Below, one piece after another: positions 9,042 to 18,986 of a stretch of DNA of 64,000 nucleotides. A program made the position numbers and the translations under genes. The notes below the pieces were generated by a model, which saw only the letters and a list, made by a program, of their open reading frames with translations, was not told the origin of the DNA and did no database searches. Source of the stretch: Diplonema japonicum (Eukaryota > Protista > Euglenozoa: Diplonemea); NCBI GenBank assembly GCA_964019335.1, contig OZ025689.1, positions 1-64,000 of the forward strand, written 5' to 3'. Numbering within the stretch: position 1 is the stretch's first letter; every line of letters starts with the position of its first letter.

Positions 9042-10007
9042 AGGTTAACATTAGAGCACAAAAAACTCAAAGTAAAAAGAAGAATGTGGAGAGTAAGAGT
9101 GGAGAGTAAGAGGAGGAAGGTTCTGGGAACGGACATAAGAACGTCAGAAGACGTCGGTGAGGAAGGAGAAGAAAATCAAAGGAATAACGAATCTTCTTCT
9201 TTTTGCAGGGAAAATGCATGCGTCAATAAGGTGGTTGAAGAGACAACCTGCAGGCTTTTGTAATTTTCTATTTCATTTTTATTGTACTTTTGAAGCATAT
9301 TGGGGTTGACAGGTGGGAAAAAAAGAAAGTTATCTGGTAGGAGTCAAAAAGTGGTTTAAAAAAAACCCCCCCCCGGCAAGAAACGGGGAAACTTCCGTTT
9401 CCGTTTCCTTATTTTTCAGAAGGGTGTCTCAGAAGGGACGTCCTTGTCGACTTGACTAACAGAGAATGGCTGCTTGATTCCTTCAACTAGCAGCTTTTTC
9501 ACCATTTCGTTGTTCCGTGCTTGCGAACAGCGAAGCCTGAACTCCTGTACAATTCAATGTAGATTAATTGACATGCATACTCATCACCCGAATCCACATC
9601 TTCACTCAAGAAACGCGTTTCCTTTTCAGAGGAACGTGTTCCCTTCTAGAAATAATGTAAAAAAATATGAGAGGTAAAGGAGGCCGGTGTTGGCGGCGCC
9701 CTGCACAGAACTGTCTACTTGAATACAGGGGGGGCGCGGCCGAGTTGTAGCTTCTTCTTCGTTCCGCGTCGGGTCCTTAATGCGTGCGTTGTGCAGCTCA
9801 ACCCCAGCCGTCCCGGGTAACCAAGATTCTGCGCTCGTGCAGTTTGTTGCCTGTTCGTCACCCTGAGCATCTTCCACTAGGGCGCTACCGGTGATGACCG
9901 ACGAGGAGGTCAACAGCGAACAACACATCTGATGTTTTTCTTATATTTTCATGTTATCCCCACCACCTGAAAAAAAAATTCAAAAGCTTTTTCAACAATA
10001 CTTCACC

Positions 10008-12329
10008 TTATTTGGCGGAAGACAACATGGATGCATAAAAGCTTGATGCTTTATGCTGCATATACCAACAAGAGTTGCCCTCCGACTCCCTATGTTCTTT
10101 CATCAAGTCAAGGAAATCCCTGCACTCCTTTGTGAACTGGGGTTCGCACTTCTCGAAGCCTACTGCTGCCGATTTGAACTTTCCGTCAACCATTTCTTGA
10201 AAGGCGGCATTAAACACAGCGTGAGGAAGGCGTTCCTCTTCATCCAAGGAATACATCCATTCCTCGGAGTCCACTTTCTTCTCTTCAGTTAGACGCGATA
10301 CCTTAACAGGGTTGCACGAGGGCACCACCAGCAGATCCAAGGTAAGGAAACGAAAGTTCTTGCATGTCTCAACTACGCGGGTGCTACAGTACACATGGTT
10401 CTGCCCACGCGAAGCAGCGAACCCTGGCACCACACGTGATCGCACAATCACGTCGGGACACACAGCATAAAATCTAGACGCTTGCGTACCAACATTCCCC
10501 ACCGCTGCAGTTGCGACTTCGTAGGAACACCCCACAACCAGTGAGAGATCTAACTGTGTGAACATAGCCATCGCACGAAGACCCTTCTCTGTGTAAGACA
10601 TCAGCCGTGTGGTTGCGTTGAAACACATCACAACGGAATCGAAGGTCAAATTCACATGAACCCCCGTCCCTGTCGAAGATCTCAGAACCCCCTCCAGCAC
10701 CTCGTTGTAAGCTGCAGCAAGGTCACTATTAGACACACTACTCTTCAGCATAACAGACCCTACTGAGCAGTGCTTTGTCGTCAGATCCAAAGCAAACAGG
10801 TTTTTGATGTGATCCACCGATTTTGTCATCTTCGTTGAAAAGCTTTTTTTTTGCGACATTGATTCTTCCGTGGTGGCTTCCGCTGACTCCTCCGCAATCA
10901 GGTGGCTGGGAATAAAGCTCTTGTACTCCACAAGCATCGCTACCATCGCAAGGAACGACTTCTTCATTTCTTCCACCTCCCGCACTATTGACACAGAACC
11001 TTCTTTGCTTGTTTCGATCCCGTTGATGTCCATTACTTCCACTCTATGCATGTCGTGCACAAGCTTGGTGATTGGGTCACTTATCTTCACCGCGATGAGA
11101 CTTGCTGCCATTATTGCAACCACGGTCACACCCAAAGCAATAAAGACCACAGTTATGATAGTGTTCAAAGCATTGTCTCGCTCCTTATCCGTATGTTCCT
11201 CCACCTCCCGCAGAAGTGCATCGTAAGGGGTGATCACCACCCTGGACCACAAGGGCCCGTTTTTCAAGGGCTCGATGTCGATGAAGTACCTGATTTGGCC
11301 TTGCAGGGGGAACCTCGCTGTCCCAGAGGTCCTGAACACACGATCCCTGGTTCCAGTTTGTGTCTCTACGCCCGTTGCTACTCTTATTCCAGGACCGATG
11401 ATGGGGTGCTCTGACTCAATTCCAACAACACGGTGCCAGACCGGTGCAGAGACGCTACCCGTGTTAATTGATGCAAACCCGTGGGTGCACTCCAGGAGGG
11501 TTCCCGTAGGTATCTCAAGGATGCATAGGATCGTCTCGTTCAGGGTTGGCGTGTAGGCCGTATTGTTGTATTGCCCCACCATTAGAGGCTCCCCACCGCC
11601 GATGATGGACTGCAAGAGGGGCCTCAAGAGATCAAGGGATATTTCACAGAAGATGAAGATGTTGGTATCAACGGTCCCTGGAAGGATGGGGCCCCCGTAG
11701 CCCATTTCCAGCTGCCCTGATGGGTCATCATTGTTCACATCTGTCCACATGAAGGCAATTGCTTTGTCTTCCCTGATGAAGTCGTCACCAAAGGCTCTGG
11801 CTCCTCCATCTTCTTGGAGGAACTTGTCACTATCCAAAGGAACGGGGTACCTGTCCCGGTACCATATCGTAGAACCGTTAGCAAAGCGTATCATTTCTCT
11901 CTTGTTGTTATCGTCCAGGTAGCCCTTCACCGTCAGCTCGGTGACGCCGTTCACAACATTTACAACCCACCCTTCTCGAGGGAAGACACGGGTACTTGCT
12001 TGAAGGCGCGCCAGCATGCTGCGCGTAACAAGCGCAGTTTCACCCCAGCCCATGGGAGTATTTCCTAAAATGAGAGCGCTAGTCTTCCCTAGCTCAACAT
12101 TTTCTCTTACGGGCCTGAAGACTCTCGTCTCGAAGGACAGCGCGAGGAACTTACCCCGCTCACTCACAATATCGCGCGCCATCCCGTACGCGAGGTCCTC
12201 AGCCACAGATGCTGTGCCATCAACAGTATTGTACATGTTCACCCCAAGCATCGACACAGCCACCGTCACCGTCACCACAACGCTCAGCACCGTCGTTGCA
12301 ATGCTCAAATCTCTCAGACGCCAGGGCAT
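10008..12329 (-). CDS. Receptor-type membrane protein: two TM helices, extracellular sensor region, HAMP-like segment, degenerate class III nucleotide-cyclase-like domain
   Basis: 773-aa ORF. N-terminal TM; second TM followed by ISDPITKLVHDMHRV...EVEEMKKSF; AVGNVG motif. Catalytic residues look degenerate. Confidence 0.65.
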   Translation of the reverse strand: MPWRLRDLSIATTVLSVVVTVTVAVSMLGVNMYNTVDGTASVAEDLAYGMARDIVSERGKFLALSFETRVFRPVRENVELGKTSALILGNTPMGWGETALVTRSMLARLQASTRVFPREGWVVNVVNGVTELTVKGYLDDNNKREMIRFANGSTIWYRDRYPVPLDSDKFLQEDGGARAFGDDFIREDKAIAFMWTDVNNDDPSGQLEMGYGGPILPGTVDTNIFIFCEISLDLLRPLLQSIIGGGEPLMVGQYNNTAYTPTLNETILCILEIPTGTLLECTHGFASINTGSVSAPVWHRVVGIESEHPIIGPGIRVATGVETQTGTRDRVFRTSGTARFPLQGQIRYFIDIEPLKNGPLWSRVVITPYDALLREVEEHTDKERDNALNTIITVVFIALGVTVVAIMAASLIAVKISDPITKLVHDMHRVEVMDINGIETSKEGSVSIVREVEEMKKSFLAMVAMLVEYKSFIPSHLIAEESAEATTEESMSQKKSFSTKMTKSVDHIKNLFALDLTTKHCSVGSVMLKSSVSNSDLAAAYNEVLEGVLRSSTGTGVHVNLTFDSVVMCFNATTRLMSYTEKGLRAMAMFTQLDLSLVVGCSYEVATAAVGNVGTQASRFYAVCPDVIVRSRVVPGFAASRGQNHVYCSTRVVETCKNFRFLTLDLLVVPSCNPVKVSRLTEEKKVDSEEWMYSLDEEERLPHAVFNAAFQEMVDGKFKSAAVGFEKCEPQFTKECRDFLDLMKEHRESEGNSCWYMQHKASSFYASMLSSAK

Positions 12330-12432
12330 TAGTCACTTGATAATTCCTGCAGGCAATTTTGTTTATACACACGGAATGTGCTACTTTATTTTCCTAAGAA
12401 ACCTGTATGAAATCAACTAACTGCGCCCCCGG

Positions 12433-12706
12433 CTCGTCTGAATCAGTGCTGCTCATATGAGCTTTCGTGCCACCAAAAACTGATTTTGAGGGTGTTTTTG
12501 GGTTAATCTCGGGGCCAAAAACCATTTTCGATGGGAAAATCGCGGAACTACGTTTTATTTTGTGCAAAGGTATGGTGGTGTGGCACTTTAAATGCCTTTG
12601 TAAAACTTTTGATCGCTAGGTGTCTAGCGCTTATTGTCTGTACAAAAGACTATTCGTTGGCAGTGCCCAAGGGGACATTCTCACTGATGATAAGACCTCA
12701 TTTAGC
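12433..12706. mobile_element. Interspersed repeat fragments (TTAA-MITE family body plus a second short repeat)
   Basis: 12433-12632 aligns directly with 1843-2045; 12662-12700 is the reverse complement of ~1797-1836. Confidence 0.8.
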
Positions 12707-13010
12707 ACCACTAATAAGCATGGTCTGTTCAGGCAAAATCGGCCTCCTGTCGTACCTATGTTGTCGGGCCACTGATGACAGGCCCAAGGGTTCTAGATAG
12801 CCAGGGGTCTTATGATATTCTCAAAAAGAAACATTACCGGAACTCGTGATTCCGTGCTCGGACTGCCATGTCCTTCAGCTCCAGCACGAACCTCCACCCC
12901 CAAGCAAACTTCGTTTAATTGTAAAAGAAAATGACTGGAAATAAAAACGGTTTATATATCAACAATAAAGTGGAACGCTAAAATAATACAACGCGTTCAA
13001 AAGCTCACTA

Positions 13011-14894
13011 TCATCCTGCACTGTATTTCTGTATGAGTGCTTCTAGTGTGTTATTCTCTTCTATCAAATGAAAAGTGGACTGCATCTTTCTCTCTAGCGT
13101 TCGGTGTACCTCCGTAGAAAGTGCTGCATTCTCCTTGTACAGCATCTTCAGGTTCTCGGAGGGCCGTGGCGGTGTGGGCGGGAGTACAATTTCCTCTTCT
13201 TTTTCCATTTGGAAGTGTGTGAACCGAGGTGGGGTACTTACTAGGTGACGGGGTGGAGAAGTTTCTGGGGGAGGCAGGTCAAGGAGCCCAAGGCCATCTG
13301 TCGATTCACTCTTGATGCGCACAGGAGGGGTCACGTGAACATGTAGTTCCTGAGGCTCGTACTGGTCGGGGGTAGTCACGTCATCGTTAAGTCTTACCTC
13401 GCTTTTTCCTTGTTCTTGCGCATCAAGAAGCAACGGTGCAGCCTGAGATTTTGAACAAAACGCGAGGTCGTCTGACAGTTCTGGAATGTACATTGAGGAT
13501 ACATAAAGACCACGAAGCCTTACAATGTCGCTATATGTAGTCATGTGCTCAGTGCATTGGGTGAAATTTGCTACCACTTCAGGCACATGCCTCCCCATTC
13601 CGGTGAAGCACATCACCCGCGGTGGGGCCGCTGTGACGGTTGTCGCGCTACATCGAGCCCAGCTCCCATACAAAACAAAGCGCCACTCTTGGACAATGGA
13701 CGGAAGCTGTCTGCAAGAAGTTGGGGCACTTCCTTCCATCCTAGTCTCGCTGCGTAGTATGCCAGTGCTGTTTCGCATTTCCTCTTCTGACTGGCAGATT
13801 TTCCAATACCCCTTTCGATCTCTGTACAACAGACAGCCACGGCATTTCCAGACAGGCCAGCCCTCCCACTCACCTGTCTTTTCGTAGCACCCTGCTACCC
13901 CCTCCACGTCACCACTGATCACCCACAAACTTGTAGGTGTAAATCCTTCTGTTTTGATGTCATCCCCCTCTGTCCACGCTGTGTAGCAATGTTCCATTTT
14001 GTGTGGCAGATCAACTAACGGTGCGTTGAGAACACCTGTTTCAAGAATGCAGAGATCGCTCCCCCGAGGGCAGGATAAGATCAGGTGGGTGTTGATGTTA
14101 TCTGCGGTAAGGGGGCCAACTGAGAGGTGGTCGCATGGGCGCCACGTGTCATGGGAGTCGGTCAGAAGAGCCACAAAGAGGGTGTGATTCTCTGCGGAGG
14201 AAGTCAACCACTTAAACGCTGCCAATATTTGGCTCTTTGTAATACGGGGCCCTGTTAGCAGTTTGAAGGCACTTGGGCCCCATCCATTGTGGGTCGTCAT
14301 GCTTTGCTGGAGCTGCGTTGCAAGGGTCATGCAATGTGTTTCAGGTATTTTCTGACTTGCTAAGACGATGAGGCCTCGTTTCTGTTTGGGGACTGGATAT
14401 TTTGAAGGAGGGCGGAGATTCTCGAACCTTACCAGCAGCGGCCCCCTGTCAGTGGCGACGAGGACTCTGTTGACCTCTGACTGGACAGACACAACAGTAC
14501 CTCGTGTATTGTTGAGCATAACGTCTGTTACCAGTCCTACCAGCTGCACACGCATTCCAGGTACGAGGAACAACTTGTTTGCGTTGCTGGACACAGCCGT
14601 ATCTGCCAGCAGCTTCTCATAATGCCGCTTCAGCATCCCCGAAGCTCCGTAGGCAGCGTCTACATGCTGCATCTGGAGCCCTTTCAGATCGCACCCCAAC
14701 CTCCTGCACAATGCTTCATAGTCACCAACGGACATCGTCACCCCCTTCATTGCCTCGCCCCACCTCACAGTCTCCTCATAACACCACATCCCATCACCAT
14801 CTGCGTCAAAGTGCCTGAATATCACGCCAATCTTCCCCGAGCGTTCTTCATAGAGGTCCTCGTCTGCTGCATCGTTGAAGCAAATGTTGCCCAT
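13011..14894 (-). CDS. Putatively N-acylated EF-hand protein with a degenerate metacaspase-like domain
   Basis: MGNICF (G2 myristoyl, C5 palmitoyl candidates); EF-hand FDADGDGMWCYEE; metacaspase-like ITKSQILAAFKWL...PCDH..G....I...L....P.G..L...DLP without the HG/DCC dyad motifs. Confidence 0.6.
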   Translation of the reverse strand: MGNICFNDAADEDLYEERSGKIGVIFRHFDADGDGMWCYEETVRWGEAMKGVTMSVGDYEALCRRLGCDLKGLQMQHVDAAYGASGMLKRHYEKLLADTAVSSNANKLFLVPGMRVQLVGLVTDVMLNNTRGTVVSVQSEVNRVLVATDRGPLLVRFENLRPPSKYPVPKQKRGLIVLASQKIPETHCMTLATQLQQSMTTHNGWGPSAFKLLTGPRITKSQILAAFKWLTSSAENHTLFVALLTDSHDTWRPCDHLSVGPLTADNINTHLILSCPRGSDLCILETGVLNAPLVDLPHKMEHCYTAWTEGDDIKTEGFTPTSLWVISGDVEGVAGCYEKTGEWEGWPVWKCRGCLLYRDRKGYWKICQSEEEMRNSTGILRSETRMEGSAPTSCRQLPSIVQEWRFVLYGSWARCSATTVTAAPPRVMCFTGMGRHVPEVVANFTQCTEHMTTYSDIVRLRGLYVSSMYIPELSDDLAFCSKSQAAPLLLDAQEQGKSEVRLNDDVTTPDQYEPQELHVHVTPPVRIKSESTDGLGLLDLPPPETSPPRHLVSTPPRFTHFQMEKEEEIVLPPTPPRPSENLKMLYKENAALSTEVHRTLERKMQSTFHLIEENNTLEALIQKYSAG

Positions 14895-14956
14895 CCCTCC
14901 TGTACTCTGTGTTCTGTGGTGGACGAGGCCAATAAAAATGTTATGTTGATACTCTC

Positions 14957-15885
14957 CTACTCTTGCGCTGGTTCTTCTTCTTCTTCTTCTACTTCTTCTT
15001 CTTCTTCTTCTACCTCTTCATTCTCCATGTGAGTGTCTGCTTGCGCCTCCTCAGCTTCCGCCTCTTCCTCTTCTTCGTCATCACTGTGGATCACGTAAAG
15101 GTCATCGAGCATCTTCTGCCTGTCTCGTACCATTTGTTCACATTTCTCTTTGCTTTCTGCTAAGTATTTCTCCTGGAAGGCTAGCACCTCTTCCCCATTG
15201 CTGCACGCTGCGTAACCATCTAAGAGCTCTTGGTTCAGCTCTATAAAATGACCACCCCACCCGAAACCTTCAAGCACGTCGTGGGCCTCTTCATAGAAAC
15301 CTGTAGCGGTGGCATGTGTTCAATAGTAACATACCCGTGATATACAAAGTAGCGGCTATGGCTTCTACACACGTGAGCTTCATTGGCTTTCCGAAATTGA
15401 CCGGATTGGCAGCTACAAGGAAAGGCAGGAGTCTCTGGAGTGTTCGTAGAATCATTTTAATGATACCTCAGGTCCCATCCTCATTCGCTTCCAAGGTACT
15501 TCCTCAAGTCGCGCCCACGAGCAATCCACCACACCGGCACCTTTTTCCTTTACAACTTGTGCGTCTTCTGGAGATAGTGTCTTCTTACCGTTTGGTGATA
15601 GTACAACCCCCATGAAGGCCTGATTCAGGCGCAGTGTGTGTAGCTTCCCCATGCGCTCAAGCTTCTTCCCTGTGCATCGACGCGCGTCGCACTGTAGTGT
15701 TGTTTCTTTTCTTATGACTAGCATACCTGCTCGAAGTCCCACATTGCAAGTGGGATTGGAAAATTAAGCGCTGGCTTTGATGCTTTGCTTCTTCCAGTTG
15801 ACTTTTTTCCTTTACCACCCTTACCCCCTTTTCCTCCCTTGCCACCTTTGCCTCCCGACTTACTTTTTCCTTCCTTCTTTCCCAT
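14957..15885 (-). CDS. TSR3: 18S rRNA aminocarboxypropyltransferase Tsr3; 4 exons
   Basis: LAMWDFEQ|[48 protein letters not shown] and an acidic tail. Introns at 15692-15726, 15435-15466 and 15301-15334 restore the frame. Confidence 0.95.
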
Positions 15886-16268
15886 GATGCTTCTTTCCTG
15901 TATGGATTAAGAGACTGAAAACACTGTGAATAAAATATAACCAAAAAGGCACTGAGGCCAAGAGGCAATCAGGCCCACTGCATTCGAAAAAAGTACTCAA
16001 CACAAGCTAACCTCATGACACATAATAAGGCGGGGGTGGGTTATATAATGAAAAAGAAATCCTTTTTGGACACCTCATACTTTATTTTTTCACTCCACAC
16101 TGCTTTTTTGCAACGTACGTGTAACAACAGTATTAAAAAAAAAAAACAGGGGGGAAACCCTATGCATTTCCGTGATACATGTTCGTTTCATTTGCAAAAA
16201 TATTATCACCCGTATGACACCCGTACCCGTAGTTGTCAACGTCACCCGATAGTCGCATGCGGTGAAGA

Positions 16269-17761
16269 TCACAACTTGCTCGTCTTGTTCACGTCACGAG
16301 CACCTGCTTGGTCTGTGGGTAGCAGAAGGAGGTCGGCAACATTAACGTGTGCAGGGCGCGTAACCATGTACCTGTGTTTGTTGTAAAAATCACAGTCTCC
16401 GGCAGTCATCCTGAAGACAGGACGTCGCCTTCCTCCTCCACATCCGCCCGCACCCCCAAACCACACCAACATGAAGGCGAACGGCACGACGGCAAACGTC
16501 CTGCAGCAATAAAGGTGGCCAACCCCCCGGAGACCAGGGAACCGGGGGGCGAATAGGTGCAGGAGGAAAGTGGTCAAGGAAGGGCCAGGAATGGATGCAG
16601 ATGCAATGCATCAAGAGAATACGTCACAGAGGGCCGAACTCTCGGTACAGACAGGACAGGCTGCAGAGGCAAAGGAAGGGACCCAGTCCAACTTCCCAAC
16701 CCTGCGCCCTAGAGGGAAGTCAATGCGCAGGTACAAGAGGCTGCGAGACACGAGGGGCGCACTGAAAGCGGCCACGATCCAGACGATCGCCTCCAGAGAT
16801 GGCCGCAGGTGCAAAACCAGGAAGGCGCAAGGGTCAGGAATGGACCTATCCGTTCGGCATTAAAATCTTTTTTACAGGGAGGGCTGCAGTTTTCTACGCC
16901 TTTCAAAATTTCTGAACTTTTTATTTTCATTCTTATTTTTAAAGCGCCCATGGTTGACACCCCGGTTGCCCATGTCGTGTACTAAGTAAAGCCACCTGAT
17001 TTCTGCGCAAGCAGTTCAGTGTCATGAGCCCCTTCCGTGCAAAATGAATTGCCTCCTGGATTCTGGTTTTTTCCCAAAATATCATACAGAATGCTGTCAG
17101 CACAGTCCTCCGCCGTGAGTGGTCTGTAGCCTTGGTAGACTTTTTCGGCCTTGCTGCTGTCACCCTTAAAACGAACCTCCGAGAACTCTGTGCTCACGAG
17201 CCCAGGGTGCATCGCGGCAACTCTCACACCCTCCTTGTAAAGGTCGTAGCGCATTGCTTTCGTAAGCTGGTCTACCGCCGCCTTCGTAGCGCAGTACACG
17301 TTCCCATTGGGGTAGGCCTCCTTCCCTGCAATGGAACCAATGTTCACGATAACACTGTCCTTGTTCCTCGGCATCATGGGCAGCACTTCCTTCGTCACGT
17401 ACAAGAGCCCTTTCAGGTTGATGTCGAGCATTGCCTCCCAGTCGGACACTGCCCCGCCCTGGATCGAGTCCAGACCGTGTGCGTTTCCTGCGTTGTTCAC
17501 AAGGATGCTGATGGACCTCCACGCCCTCGGAAGGTGCTCCATCACGCGCTGCAGGGACTTGTGGTCCACCACATCAAAGCACAAAGGGTACACAGGTGCA
17601 GCCCCGGCCATCTTCTTCTGCAGAGCCACTAGCCTGTCCTGCCTCCTTCCGCATGCAATCACGGCAATCCCATTCTTGCAGAAGAGCTCCGCGGTCGCAA
17701 GGCCAATCCCGCTTGTTGCCCCAGTCACGAATGCAACACGCTGTCCTTTCAATGGGTCCAT
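16269..17761 (-). CDS. Short-chain dehydrogenase/reductase (YdfG-like) with C-terminal PTS1 (SKL); 2 exons
   Basis: TGATSGIG, NNAG and YCATK motifs. Removing the GTATGA..CACAG intron at 16372-17087 gives ...ADSIL|YMVTRPAHVNVADLLLLPTDQAGARDVNKTSKL*. Confidence 0.92.
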
Positions 17762-17810
17762 TTTTGTTTGTTGTTCTGCATAGTTTAAAATCTTTTAATT
17801 AAAACCTTAA

Positions 17811-17972
17811 CCATTAAAGGACAAAGCGCTAGATATCTAGCGTTCAAAAAATTAAGGCATTTTAAGTACCACGCACCCCCTATGGTTGCATGCTCGAGGA
17901 TTTTAATTTTAGAAAATTAAAAAGTCGATGGTGACCCTTTCTTTTGCCCAAACAACCCCCGTCCTTTAATGG
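17811..17972. mobile_element. 162-bp MITE, piggyBac-like (TTAA target duplication)
   Basis: TTAA|CCATTAAAGGAC ... GTCCTTTAATGG|TTAA: perfect 12-bp TIRs with TTAA at 17807-17810 and 17973-17976. Confidence 0.9.
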
Positions 17973-18009
17973 TTAAAATAAAATAAGCTCAAAAGATAAT
18001 TAGAGTCTA

Positions 18010-18831
18010 TTAGTACTTATTTGGAGCTCGTTTCTTGTTTGTTGAACGGGTCATGTTCAGCTGGTTACCTTTCCTCAGGACGGTGACGCGGTGTTTTTGT
18101 ACAAGTTGCTTCTTGTTAGAAATGAACCACTTCCTACCGATATAGCCACGCACGTGTTTCTGGATCATGATAACACACGAGATACGGAGTGCTTCAATCT
18201 CGAGCCGTTTCCGCTCAGCTTCCAGCACCTCGTTTTCCTTCTTCAATAGAGAGTGGGTCTTGAAGACGCCGTTCACGTAGAGGCCTATCCTCCCGAGCTG
18301 CCTGTTCCTCCTCCACTTAGATTGGATGACGAAAGCGGCTGTGTTTATCTCCTTCTGAGTGATACCTATCGTCACAGTATCGATGTCCATATTCACACGC
18401 GAGATCCATTCCAAGTTGAACTCGATCTGCGGTAGGTTAAGTCCCTCTGTGATGGCGCACAGTCTGCCTCCTCTGAAGTACAAAAACGTCGGTTCTGCGG
18501 TGCCTATCCATGGAAGAAGGATCCTAGACCACCTCGCAGGGACTGTGTCGTCATCACCCTGTGACCAATCGATCTGGTTGCTACGCGCTCTCAAGCACTT
18601 CACGACTCTATCAATATCAAGCGTCGCACATACAATCTTCACCCCCCCACGGATACTTTCTATCAAAGTCTTAAGCGCGGGTTTCACAACCTGACAAGTT
18701 CCACACCACTTGGAATACAACTCCACCAAAAACAGCGTATCATTCAGTTTGCATTTGCTAAGTTCCTCCTGAAAATCCATATCATTAATGACAGAGAGTT
18801 GCCAATCAACCTCTTCTACTTCTTCTTCCAT
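18010..18831 (-). CDS. Thioredoxin-domain protein with IQ motifs
   Basis: VELYSKWCGTC; IQSKWRR and IQKHVRGYIGRK. Confidence 0.8.
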   Translation of the reverse strand: MEEEVEEVDWQLSVINDMDFQEELSKCKLNDTLFLVELYSKWCGTCQVVKPALKTLIESIRGGVKIVCATLDIDRVVKCLRARSNQIDWSQGDDDTVPARWSRILLPWIGTAEPTFLYFRGGRLCAITEGLNLPQIEFNLEWISRVNMDIDTVTIGITQKEINTAAFVIQSKWRRNRQLGRIGLYVNGVFKTHSLLKKENEVLEAERKRLEIEALRISCVIMIQKHVRGYIGRKWFISNKKQLVQKHRVTVLRKGNQLNMTRSTNKKRAPNKY

Positions 18832-18986
18832 TGTGTAAATGCCCTGTGTTTTTATAATGAACGTGGTGGTACACTGCGCAAAAAGAAAATACAAACATGT
18901 TGGACTATTCTAAAGATTTCACAATACAAGGTGTTACACATTTTTGACAAACAACAGTTACTAATATACATAGGAGCGGTAATGTA

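Noticed and set aside
12680-12810. CTGATGA motifs (also on the minus strand near 1810) suggesting hammerhead ribozymes
   Set aside because: No properly placed GAAA core or convincing stems; at best degenerate.
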